Shown piece by piece: positions 20,863 to 30,750 of a DNA stretch of 64,000 nt. Position numbers and translations under genes: made by a program. Below the pieces are notes generated by a model. It saw only the letters and a list, made by a program, of their open reading frames with translations, did no database searches and had not been told where the DNA came from. Source of the stretch: Prasinococcaceae sp. CCMP 1430 (taxonomy: Eukaryota > Plantae > Prasinodermophyta); NCBI GenBank assembly GCA_013416795.1, contig RQSC01000007.1, positions 116,490 through 180,489 on the forward strand. Reading direction: 5' to 3'. Positions within the stretch are counted from its first letter, which is position 1. The number at the start of each line of letters is the position of its first letter.

Positions 20863-22543
20863 CTACGGAGCTCCTGCCGTGGCGGCGTCCCCCGTGGGTG
20901 CTACGATGACGAGTGAGAGCGTCGAGCCCTCGCCCACGCCCACCGACTCCAGCGTGGCGGTGGTGTCGTCAAGCACAGTCACCAGGGGCACGCCGTCGTC
21001 GTCGACGACAACGGAGAGAGTGACGGACGCCTCGCCGCTGCCGTTCGGCGCGCTCTGCTCCCAACCCTCCTGTTCGACGATGCGTCGCTTGAGCGCACCC
21101 ACCGTGCTGTCCTTGGGCAAGCGCACAGCGAACGAGGCGAGCGGCTCCGGCATCGATGATACGATGCTCACAGTGACCACCTCCGCGCCACCGCGCGCCT
21201 CGACCTCGCGCGCACGCGCGTCGGTTAACGCCGCGCGCCCCGCCGCACGCGCGGGCCCGCCCTTGGTGGGCGCGTCGAAGCCCTCGCGGAAGGCTGCCTG
21301 GAACGTGTCCATGAAGCGCGTGAAGGTTTCCATGACGCTGGCATTCGTGTATCTGACGACGGGCGCGTAGGCCAGCACGTCCTCCGCGCTGACCTTGAGG
21401 GCCTTGTCGGTGGCGCTGTCCAGCAGCTTTGAGCCGGTGGTGCCAGACTTTTGCCGCTTCGCTCCGAGCGCGGCGGCGTCGCCGCTGGCGTCGCCGCCGG
21501 CCTCCCCATCGCCAGCCCCGCGCTTCGCCCCGCCGGTGAGGTTGATCGCGCTGGTGATCGCCGCGGAGGAGTCCCTGCCCCACAGAAACTTCCACAGCGG
21601 CTGGTCCTTGCACGCGAGCATGTCGTCCTCGATGCCGAGCCACTTGAACGCAGGCTTGCGGCTGTCGAGCAGCGTGGTCTTCTCGATGAGGCGCAGGCTG
21701 CTCAGGATGTTGGCGGCGTCGTAGAGCCGCCGCACCTTGGTCTTCAGCTCGCCGCTCGTCGCGTTGGGGCCCAGAAGCAGCTTGGCCGCGTCCTCGAGGA
21801 GCAGCACCTTGCCGCGCGACTGGATGAACAGGCGCAGGAACACGCGGGTCATCCAGAAGAGGCTTTTTTTCTGCTTGCCGTCGTCGGCGCCGTCCTTGCC
21901 GTCCTCGCACTGGTCGTGAGGCCGACCCTTGACGTCCGACTCGGCGGCGTCCGCGCCGGCCGCGGACGCGTCCGCCGCGACCGCCTTCCTCCTGAACTGC
22001 GTGAGCTCGTGCTTGAAGGTGGTCAGCAGATCCGCGAAGTCCTCTTCGCACGCCACCGCCACGGTGTCCTTGAACTCGAGCGGCGCCTTAGCCGCGGCCT
22101 CGCCCAGCAGCTCCACCTTGAGCGCGCGGAGGTTGTCCGGCAGCTGGGTGAGCCCCAGCCAGCGGTAGCAGTTCTTGCCCAGCCGCTTGACGATCCACAC
22201 GCTCTCAAGCACGTTCATGATGTCGTAGATGCGCCGGCGCTCGACGCCGAGCCGCCTCGAGGCGTCGTCGAGCTCGATCTCCGTGCCGTTGGCGGTGGCG
22301 GCGGTGCCGAACATCTGCAGGAAGTTTTCGCACAGCAGGCCGAGCGACTTGTCCTTGCGCGAGTAGCCCGCGGGCAGCACGGGAAAGTCCTCGGCGGCGG
22401 CGGCCAGCAGCGCCGACTTCTTGAGCACCTGCTTGAGCACCGCCGGCTGCGCCGGCGGGCCTTCCGCCGCCGCCGTGGTGGTAGCCTCGGCAGCCGCCGC
22501 GCGAGCGGCCGCGCCGGCGCCAGCGTCGCCCTCCGGCCGCCTC
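20863..22543 (-). CDS. DEL1: Atypical E2F (DEL/E2FE-type, two DNA-binding domains) with a C-terminal ubiquitin-like domain; 5' end in the N gap
   Basis: DBD1: YSRKDKSLGLLCENF...VERRRIYDIMNVLES...YRWLG. DBD2: KKSLFWMTRVF...KVRRLYDAANILSSLRLIEK...KPAFKWLG. Confidence 0.92.
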
Positions 22544-22861
22544 NNNNNNNNNNNNNNNNNNNNNNNNNNNNNNNNNNNNNNNNNNNNNNNNNNNNNNNNN
22601 NNNNNNNNNNNNNNNNNNNNNNNNNNNNNNNNNNNNNNNNNNNNNNNNNNNNNNNNNNNNNNNNNNNNNNNNNNNNNNNNNNNNNNNNNNNNNNNNNNNN
22701 NNNNNNNNNNNNNNNNNNNNNNNNNNNNNNCGGGGCGCTTGGGGCGCGGACGCGCCGAGCCGCCGAGCTCGCACGCGGGCGCCGCCGCCTCTCCTCTGCT
22801 GCGCCCCGCGCGTGCGCCCCCGACGAGTTGCGCGAAGAGCCCCCCCAAAAAAAACGCAAAT

Positions 22862-22909
22862 AAAAAAGAAAAAGAAAAAGAAAAAGAAAAAGAAAAAGAA
22901 AAAGAAAAA
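22862..22909. repeat. (AAAAAG)n hexamer microsatellite, followed by a ~45-bp direct duplication (about 22910-22960 and 22977-23025)
   Basis: Directly visible; gggaaaaggggggtgaaaaggcc...aaaactgatggctgtcgt occurs twice. Confidence 0.9.
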
Positions 22910-23331
22910 CAGGGAAAAGGGGGGTGAAAAGGCCGCGAAAACTGATGGCTGTCGTCCTAAAAAAAAAGAAAAAGCAGGGAAAAGGGGGGTGAAAAGGCCC
23001 CCAAAAAAAACTGATGGCTGTCGTTGTCGTCTCGTTGTTCTGTGATGTGGGTGGCGGATGGGGATCGGGCGGCGTTTGCGTTTTTGGGCCCCGGCGGGGT
23101 CGCGCGTGGGAGCGCGCGCGCGCTCTCCCGCGCGCGCGCGCGCGCGTCCGGCGGGNGCTGTCGACTGCGAGCTCGCGCGTGCGCTCTGCGAGCTCCAGAC
23201 AGGCACACGATGGCGCATCGCGGCTGTGATGACTTGGAAACTGTTGAAGCGACTAGCGGCAGTACTGAACCCGTCCACAACGACTACTGGCGCAAACATG
23301 TCCCTGCTCGTTCTATGCTGCCAATGCGCAT

Positions 23332-25761
23332 GTGCCAGTGGCTGCTGCTGCTACTCTTGGCCGCATTGACGCGCTCGTGCGCTCTGGCGGAGAAGCTCGA
23401 GCTCGCCGAGTGTGGGAGTTGTACTTTCTTCAACGATGGGAGGAGGCTGGCGCGCGCGGCGAGGAGCGCAACGAAAATGCACTCGCGGGTGGCGACGGCG
23501 ACGCGGAGATGCGGGACATCACCCCTCCGGCGCCCGCGCTGGACGCCGAGCAGCTCGAGGCCATCGAGCGCGCGGCCATGGAGGTGGCGGCGCGGGGCGT
23601 GGTGCAGCTGCACGCGCTCGGCAGGCGCGGCGCGGGCGAGAGGCAGGACGGCGCGCGCGTGGCGCTCTCGATGGGCGTGGTGGGAGCGGCCGGGGAGGAC
23701 CTGTGGGAGGCGCTCAACGACCACGAGGAGACGAGCTCGGCCGCGCAGCGCGGCGTGTCTCGCGCGGAGATCGAGTTCACGCAGGGCGGCACAGCGCTGC
23801 TGCGGCAGGCGAGCCTCTGCCAGGGAGTCTACTGGCAGCTCGGCGGCCGCACGTCGGTGCGCCTCGAGCAGCGCTCGGCCGTCGGTGGCCGCGAGCTGCG
23901 CTTCGAGGGCGAGGAGGGCGAGTTCGAGCGCTTCCGGGGGCGCTGGGTGGTCGAGGAGGAGGACGCCGGCGACGGCGGAGGCGGGGACGCCAAGGGCCCG
24001 CCGCGCGCGCGCAGCGCGGTGCTGCGGTACGAGGCGGAGGTGGTGCCGATCGAGGCGGACGCGCTGCCGCCGCGCGCGCTGGAGCGCCGCCTGCGCGAGG
24101 ATGCCGAGGAGGCGTTGCGCGCCGTCGCCGCGCGCGGCGCCGCCATCGCCATCCGTCGCAAGATCGTGCGGGCGTCGGGCAGAGGTGACGCTCCGACCCC
24201 CCTCCTCGCGGCTCGCGACCTGAGCGACTTCGACGCTCCGGCCACGTGGGGGAGTGCCACTGTGAGCGGCCTTGGGCCCGGACGAGCCGCGCGCACCGCC
24301 GCCGCGGCGCTCCAAGATGCGCTCGACGTGGCCAGCGGCATGGCTGACGCTGAGCCCGACTCACCGCCGGCCCCACGGGCCGAGGACAACGTCAATCGCG
24401 GCATGTTCGGCGTCGCGAGCGTGCCGCTGCCCGTCAGCCAGGTGCCGGCGGAGCAGCAGGGGGCCCAGCAGCGAGCGCAGGCCGAGCAGCAGCAGCAGCA
24501 GCAGCAGCAGCAGGCAGAGCTCAACGCGGGCGTGCAAGAGGTCCACCTGCGCAACATGGATGGCAGCAAGTGGAAGCGGCGGCGCGCGCTGGCCGTTGCG
24601 GTGGTCGACGCGCCACCCGCGGCCGTGTGGGACGTGCTCACCGACTACGGCGCGTACGCCGACTTCATGCCGGGCGTCACGAAGTGCGAGGCGCGCGAGT
24701 TACCGAGCACTGGGCCGTTCGTGCCCCCGCAGGCCGGACGGCGGCTGCAGCTCACGCAGGTCGGCTACAAGTTCTCGCCGTACGCGGCGCTGCGGGCGAA
24801 GGCCGTGCTCGACCTGATCGAGATGGAGAAGGAGCCCCCTTCGGCCTCGGGCAACGGGAGCGCGTCATCCGACGCGCCCACGCGGCAGGATCGACACGAG
24901 CTTCTCTTCAAGCTTGTCGAGGGTGACTTCGAGCGCATGCAGGGTCGCTGGATCGTCGAGGGCATTCCCGATGCGCAGGTTTCCGCCGCGGGGGCTGGCG
25001 ATGACGGCGGCGGTGGCGGCGCGCCGGCGCAGCCTCCGTCGCAGCCCTCGCGCTCGCGCCTGGTGTACATGGCCGAGATCTCCGTCAAGCGCCGCCTGGG
25101 CCGCTTCAAGAAATTCGCGGTGATGGAGCCGCTCATCGAGCGCGTGGTGTACGAGGACATCCCGCTCGTGCTCGAGGCCATACGCGAGCGAGTCTCGACG
25201 CAGCAGGTGCTCGCGGCGGCGTCAGAGGCTGGCGCGGTTGACGCGGCGCTCGCGGCGGCGGGCCCGGACGCGGCGCTCGCCGACGACATCCTGGCGGGCA
25301 CCATCGCGGCGTTCGTAGCGGAGCACTGCGCGGCGCTCGGCGAGGGCGTCATGCCGCGCCAGGCGGACGTGATTGCCGCTGGCAGGTCCGACCTCGCGCG
25401 TGCCATTGACGCTGCGGGTGGCTTCGCTGAGGTGGCGAAGCGCCTCCAGCTGCGCCCCGTAGGCAAGCAGACGAAGCCTCGCGGCTACTGGCAGAATACG
25501 GAGAACGTACGAGCGGAGGTCTCGGCGGTCATCGCCGAGAACGGTTGGGACCCGCAGCAGATGCCCACTCGTGCCGCGCTCAAGGCTGCCGGGCGCATGG
25601 ACATCGTGCGTGCCACCGAAGCGTATGGCGGTATGCGCGAGGTTGCGCTCCTGCTCGGCCTTTCGCCCTCGCGCCGCACGCGAGCGCGCGCCAAGAAGAC
25701 GGGAAAGGCCCGGGCGCGCAGGCGCAGCCAGCCGCAGCGGCCGTCCTACGGCGCGGCGTGA
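23332..25761 (+). CDS. Tandem START/polyketide-cyclase-domain protein with C-terminal helical repeats (At5g08720-like); start uncertain
   Basis: VWDVLTDYGAYADFMPGV and LFKLVEGDFERMQGRW, plus a degenerate first copy (GEFERFRGRW). C-terminal KPRGYWQNTENVRAEV...MPTRAALKAAGRMDIVRATEAYGG. Confidence 0.8.
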   Translation: MPVAAAATLGRIDALVRSGGEARARRVWELYFLQRWEEAGARGEERNENALAGGDGDAEMRDITPPAPALDAEQLEAIERAAMEVAARGVVQLHALGRRGAGERQDGARVALSMGVVGAAGEDLWEALNDHEETSSAAQRGVSRAEIEFTQGGTALLRQASLCQGVYWQLGGRTSVRLEQRSAVGGRELRFEGEEGEFERFRGRWVVEEEDAGDGGGGDAKGPPRARSAVLRYEAEVVPIEADALPPRALERRLREDAEEALRAVAARGAAIAIRRKIVRASGRGDAPTPLLAARDLSDFDAPATWGSATVSGLGPGRAARTAAAALQDALDVASGMADAEPDSPPAPRAEDNVNRGMFGVASVPLPVSQVPAEQQGAQQRAQAEQQQQQQQQQAELNAGVQEVHLRNMDGSKWKRRRALAVAVVDAPPAAVWDVLTDYGAYADFMPGVTKCEARELPSTGPFVPPQAGRRLQLTQVGYKFSPYAALRAKAVLDLIEMEKEPPSASGNGSASSDAPTRQDRHELLFKLVEGDFERMQGRWIVEGIPDAQVSAAGAGDDGGGGGAPAQPPSQPSRSRLVYMAEISVKRRLGRFKKFAVMEPLIERVVYEDIPLVLEAIRERVSTQQVLAAASEAGAVDAALAAAGPDAALADDILAGTIAAFVAEHCAALGEGVMPRQADVIAAGRSDLARAIDAAGGFAEVAKRLQLRPVGKQTKPRGYWQNTENVRAEVSAVIAENGWDPQQMPTRAALKAAGRMDIVRATEAYGGMREVALLLGLSPSRRTRARAKKTGKARARRRSQPQRPSYGAA

Positions 25762-26015
25762 AAAGAGGTTAGCGCGTGAGCGGCAACGGCGATAAAAGCG
25801 CACGCTTGCGCATCCGCTCGCGCGCGCAGCTGCCGCGTCCCTACTACGCGCGCGCTGGAACCGCCTTCGACCATGTGTACAATGTTTTTGTGTTGTTACT
25901 TATTCTGTCTCACGCGCGTGCCGCCTGCGCTGCGGTGCGATGTGCGCGTGCGAGCCAAGCCTGCTCTCCCCAGTGGGCGATATCGAGCGTGCGCTCCGCG
26001 AGCTGCTGGACACCA

Positions 26016-26948
26016 TCACAGCAAGATGCTTTGGGGCGGGCCTTCGTCCCCGAGGCCATCGGCCGCGCCGACGGCGGACGTCGGGAGCGTGTTGGTGGAG
26101 ATCTTCTCGCCCATTCCGAGCAGGAGCCGCGCGAGCTGCTTACGCTCCTCTTCGGCCACTTTTCGCTCCCTCCCCATCTTTTCGCGCGTCTGTGCGTTGT
26201 CGCGCTCGAGCTTCTCCATGGCCTCCGCCTTGGCGTCGAGGGCCGCCTTGTCGCCCGCGAAGGCCGCCACGGCTGCGGCCAGCTCCTTGGCGCTGGCGCC
26301 CATTTCCTCCTCCTTGGCCGCGCGGTGCGCCTCGAACTCGTCTCGCGCGGCGTCCTGCCTGCTCTGCTCCGCGCGCAGCTCGCCCAGCGCGGCCGTGCGG
26401 TAGCTCTCGAACTTGGCGCGCTCCTCCTCCACCAGCGCGCGCTCACGTGCGTTGGCCTCGGCCACGCGTTCGATGTCGGCGGTTGCGCTCGAGCGATAGC
26501 TCTCGAACTCGGCGCGCTCCTCGTCGAGCTGAGAGGCGATGGTGTGCAGCTCCGCCTCCTTGGCTGCGCGCTGCTCCTCGAACGCCTGCCGGTCGCGCAC
26601 CAGCGCGTCCCTGTCCGCCGTCACCGCGTCGCGCGCTTCGCGTTTGAGTTCGTCGAACTCGCGGCGCTCGCCGTCGAGCCGCTCGCGGAACGACTCGAGC
26701 TGCGCCAGCGCCTCGGCGCGGAAAGCCTCGAACTCGCGGCGCTCGGCGCCCAGCTCGGTGCGCTCGACGGCTGCGGACTTGTTGAGCTCCGAGCACTCCG
26801 CCTTGAGCCGCTCCAGCTCCGCCGCCTTGTCCCTGATGGCGGAGGTGAGGTCGGCGTCCTCGTCGCGCGCGTGCGCGACGCTGTCGTGCAGCTCCCGGTA
26901 CAGCGCGTCCATCTTCTCGACGAGCGCGCGCGCGCGCTCGGGCGCCAT
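26016..26948 (-). CDS. Coiled-coil protein of unknown function
   Basis: ATG at 26948, E/R/A-rich heptad sequence, recurrent ERxEFExxR motif, strong coding-type codon bias. Confidence 0.7.
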   Translation of the reverse strand: MAPERARALVEKMDALYRELHDSVAHARDEDADLTSAIRDKAAELERLKAECSELNKSAAVERTELGAERREFEAFRAEALAQLESFRERLDGERREFDELKREARDAVTADRDALVRDRQAFEEQRAAKEAELHTIASQLDEERAEFESYRSSATADIERVAEANARERALVEEERAKFESYRTAALGELRAEQSRQDAARDEFEAHRAAKEEEMGASAKELAAAVAAFAGDKAALDAKAEAMEKLERDNAQTREKMGRERKVAEEERKQLARLLLGMGEKISTNTLPTSAVGAADGLGDEGPPQSILL

Positions 26949-27701
26949 GGCCGGCAGCGCGCGCGCGCGGCGAGGACGGCGTCGAAAATGGAAATGACCA
27001 AACCCTGTTTGTTTGGATGAATGTACCATACACATGTAAAAGTACAGTAGTGACTACTGTAGTACGTCTGTGTACATACCATCAGGTACACTGTAAATCG
27101 GGGCCGGACCCTATACCTTTGGGTTTTGTCGTTGCGTGGCGGCTGGATCCGCGCCGGTACAATCCGGGGCTTTTTGGATCCGAGTTGGCGCGACAGAGGC
27201 GCGGCGAGCCGAGGGGATGATGGGAGAACGCGCGCGCCCGCGCGCGGCGCGACGGCGACGGCGTCGGCGCCCTGCGTCGATCGGTCGGCGCCCGCTCGAA
27301 CGGCTCTTTCCTTTGCCCCACTCCGCGTCGCCCCTTCCCGTTCCGACCGATGCCGAGTGACGACTCGGGTGAATCAACGGAAATGATTTCAAAATTCCCA
27401 AACCGCGGTTGTGACGCCCCATGGCACTGTTTCTCCCCCGTCACCAGGCGCTCGCCGGTCACTTTCCGGGGGTCACTGCGCGCGCGCTTTTTCCCGGATT
27501 GGGTGGGGGGGGCGAGGCGGCGCGCGAGTTTGGGGTATGTGCTGGGAGGTGTTTAGGGTGTAGGGTTTAAGAATTCGGCGCGAGCTGGGGGCGCCGGGCG
27601 GCTGGGGGCGAGGCCGCGAGCGGCGGGCGAGGATGGTCACGCTCGCCTGGGGGGGGGGGGTCGCGGCGGCGGCGGCGGCGGCGGCGGCGGGCGCCCCGTC
27701 G

Positions 27702-28296
27702 TCACTGGGCGTGGACGGCGGAGATGTGCGCCCTGAGGGAGGGGACGTCCCTCGCGCCCGTGTACCGCTCGCCGACCTGCGCGCCGCCCTTGAAGGCGAG
27801 CAGCGTGGGGTAGCCGCGCACGCCCTTGCTCGAGCACAGCGACTTGTACTGGGTGCAGTCCACCTTGCCCACGTTGATGCCCTCGGCCTGGACCTCGCGC
27901 GCGAGCTCGTCCCACGCGGGCGCGAGCTTCTTGCAGTGGCCGCACCAAGGCGCGTACATCTGAGCCGCGTGGGGTGGGATGGCGGGGGGGGGCGTTGGGG
28001 GGGTGGGGGGGCAGAAGCGCGTCGCGCGTCAGTGCAGGCTCTCATCGATACCGGCGTCGCCTCTGCGTGCGCGCGCGCGCGCGCGCGCGTGCGCGCGCGC
28101 GCCAAAGAGAGCGCCCGCGGCAACAGCACCCGCGCGCGCGCGTCAATGCCACACCTTGACGAACCACGTGTCGCCCGAGCTAGTGCTCTTGCCGAACGTC
28201 TTGTCTGTCAGCTCGACGGCGCCGGCCACCGCCTTTTTCGCGGCGGCGCCGCCGACGGCGGCGAGGAGCGCCGCGAGCAGCGCGGCGCACGCGGCG
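27702..28296 (-). CDS. Secreted single thioredoxin-domain (PDI-like) protein; exons <28296-28155 and 27959-27702
   Basis: Signal-peptide-like LLAALLAAVGG, then VELTDKTF...WFVK|[35 protein letters not shown]. Confidence 0.9.
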
Positions 28297-28590
28297 NNNN
28301 NNNNNNNNNNNNNNNNNNNNNNNGGGGGGGGGGGGCAAAGGGGTGCGGATAGGTCAGGACCAGGCGCGGGCAAGGGCACGCTCTCCATGGCACGCGCGCG
28401 CGAACGGCGCGACCGTACCTGTGCTCGTACCGCTTCGTGAGTGTGTAGAACGCCGCATCGCCGGCGCCGTTGCCACCATCGGCGGGCGCGAGCGCGTACA
28501 CGACCAGCGAGCGCGGGTGCAGCACGGCGAGCGTGTCGTCGTCCGCACCGACAACGAAGCGTCAGCGTGGGCGCGCGAGGGACCGCGCGC

Positions 28591-30051
28591 ATGCCGCCGT
28601 CGCTCGCAGACGACGGGAGCAAAGTGCCGCGGCGCGGTCCCATCGAGCGATGGGAGGCCGCGCATGCCGCTGCGGGGGCGCAGGCGGGCGGCGTACGCGT
28701 GTACGCGACGTCCGATCTTCACGCCGATAGGCCAGGTGCGCACGAGTCCGCGAGCGCATGCGCTGACCGGCGCGAGCGATGCGCGCCCGGACTGACCCGC
28801 CATCTCGCGCTCGCACGCGCACGTTGGCCGCGCGGGGGTCGCAGACAACGCGGATTTTCTGCGGGAGCTCGTGCGCTACCGCCAGGAGACGCGCGCAGAC
28901 AACTCGGACGTGCTCGTCGTCGCGGGCGACGTCGCAGACGACCCCGAGGTGCTCATCGACTGCCTCGCGTCGCTGCGGGAAGCGTACGGCGGCGGAGTGG
29001 TGTTTGTGCCGGGCAATCACGACCTTTGGCAGACGGGCTCGCGCAGGGAAGGTGCGGCACGCGCGCATGTGCGGGCGCGGGAGCACGCGCGTCGGAGCGA
29101 GCGCATGGGAGCGGGCGCAGCTGTGCGCGCCAGAGCTTGCGTGGCAGCGCATTGACAGCCGCGTGCGCTCGCCGTCGCAAAGGCGGCCGCTTCGAGGACT
29201 CGCTGGACAAGCTTGGCTACTTGCTGCGCGAGTGCGAGGCGCGCGGGGTGCACACGCGCACGCTGCGCGTGCCCCTCTGCGGCGGCAGCAGGTCGCTGTG
29301 GGTCGTGCCTTTGTTGGCGTGGCACCACCAAAGCTGGGATCGCGAGCCGCCCATCACGGGGCTGCAGCTGCCGCCGTTCGAGTCGTGCATGTCAGACTAC
29401 AGGTGCTGCACGTGGCCCGAGGGCATCCCCGGCTGCGACGACCCCAAGTCCGACGCGTGCGCGCGCCTCCTCGACGCGTTCGAGGGGCGCAACGACGAGG
29501 CGGTGGCGCTCCTTGCGCGTGAGCGGCGCGCGGGTGACGTGGTCATCTCCTGCTCGCACTTCCTCCCGCACCAGTGCCTCATGCCCACCAAGCGCATGCT
29601 CTTCATGCCCGAGCTGCCCAAGGCGTGCGGCAGCGATTTGTTGCGTCCCCGCATCGACGCGCTGGGCGGCGTTGGCGCGCACGTCTTTGGTCACACGCAT
29701 TTCGCGTGGGACATGGACGTGGACTCCGTGCGCTTCCTGAGCTGCCCGCTGGCGTACCCCACGGAGCGGCGCAACAACATGAACGGCGGCGGGGAGTGGG
29801 TGCCGCTGCGCGTGTGGGAGGTGGAGCCCACGGCTCTAGATGGCCCTGGCGGCGCCGCGGGTGACGGAGAGCTCGGGGAGAGGTGCGTCGCGATGGCGGC
29901 GCAGGTGCATGGCTCGAGCGCTCTACGTGGCGCTGACGCGCGCCCTACCTTCCCGCCCGCGCGTCCATCCGTCACCATTGTCAATGTACGCGTGTGTGCG
30001 CGCGCGTGCGTGCGTGTGCGTGTCCATGCCCCGCAGCGTCGCGTGTGGTGA
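28591..30051 (+). CDS. Calcineurin-like metallophosphoesterase; introns 28736-28844 and 29052-29182; 3' end uncertain
   Basis: SDLHAD, VAGDVAD, VPGNHDLW, SHFLP and FGHTH are the metallophosphoesterase motifs, restored in frame by GT-AG splicing. Confidence 0.88.
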   Translation: MPPSLADDGSKVPRRGPIERWEAAHAAAGAQAGGVRVYATSDLHADRPGAHESASACADRRERCAPGLTRHLALARARWPRGGRRQRGFSAGARALPPGDARRQLGRARRRGRRRRRPRGAHRLPRVAAGSVRRRSGVCAGQSRPLADGLAQGRCGTRACAGAGARASERAHGSGRSCARQSLRGSALTAACARRRKGGRFEDSLDKLGYLLRECEARGVHTRTLRVPLCGGSRSLWVVPLLAWHHQSWDREPPITGLQLPPFESCMSDYRCCTWPEGIPGCDDPKSDACARLLDAFEGRNDEAVALLARERRAGDVVISCSHFLPHQCLMPTKRMLFMPELPKACGSDLLRPRIDALGGVGAHVFGHTHFAWDMDVDSVRFLSCPLAYPTERRNNMNGGGEWVPLRVWEVEPTALDGPGGAAGDGELGERCVAMAAQVHGSSALRGADARPTFPPARPSVTIVNVRVCARACVRVRVHAPQRRVW

Positions 30052-30606
30052 CGGTGCGGTGGGCGCCTTTTGCCCGCGACAGCCCGCTTTCTGGTCGAGC
30101 TTCTACCGGTTAAACGGACGCGACCCCACCAACATGACGCTCGCGCCGTGGGTGGAGAAGCGCCTCGGCCGCCGCATGGTCGGCAGCGCCGCTGTCTCGG
30201 CGCGCTCATGAGCGCGCGCCGCGGCCGCCCGCCGTGTGCAACTGTACATACCATTATTCTTCGCGTCACGTGGGCAGGCAGGATCACGCCGAGGCCGCCA
30301 GCGCAGCCCCGCCCCACGCGGTGGTGCCGCGCGCCGCGTGGGCGAGGGCCTCAGGTCGCCTATCGCACAGACCCACGCACATGCACGCGCGCGCGTGCAC
30401 GTGCGCACTTACGTCTGCTCGCGCGCGTGCGCACGCACCCCCCCCCCCAGCGCCGCAGGAGCCGGCGCGCACGCGAAGGTGGGTGGGTGGGTGGGGGCGG
30501 GTTTGGGGGTGGTGCGAAGGCCAGGCGGCGCGGCGCGGTTGAGCTGAGCTGATTGATCACGAGGCGATCTGATCCAGGCCCCAAAAAATGCAATGGGTGC
30601 GTTGCG

Positions 30607-30630
30607 AAACCCTAAATCATAAACCCTAAA
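30607..30630 (+). promoter_or_regulatory. Tandem telo-boxes (AAACCCTAAA x2) upstream of the GT31 gene
   Basis: Exact plant telomere-type motif at 30607-30616 and 30621-30630, about 120 bp before the ATG at 30751. Confidence 0.6.
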
Positions 30631-30750
30631 CATGTTCCAACAGGGGGGGTGTTCGCCTCACCACCGTCCAAACGAATTCGAAATAATTCGAAATGGTCTC
30701 GATGGGGGTGCCACTCGGCACATTGCGCCCGAACCTTCGAATTTGGCGCC

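Noticed and set aside
23157-23440. Possible F-box-like fragment (NDYWRKHV...WELYFLQRW) upstream of the cyclase gene
   Set aside because: The pieces are in different frames with intervening stops and follow an n gap; too weak to call.
23332-25761. Double START/cyclase plus helical repeats as a novel fusion
   Set aside because: Same layout as the plant At5g08720-like proteins.
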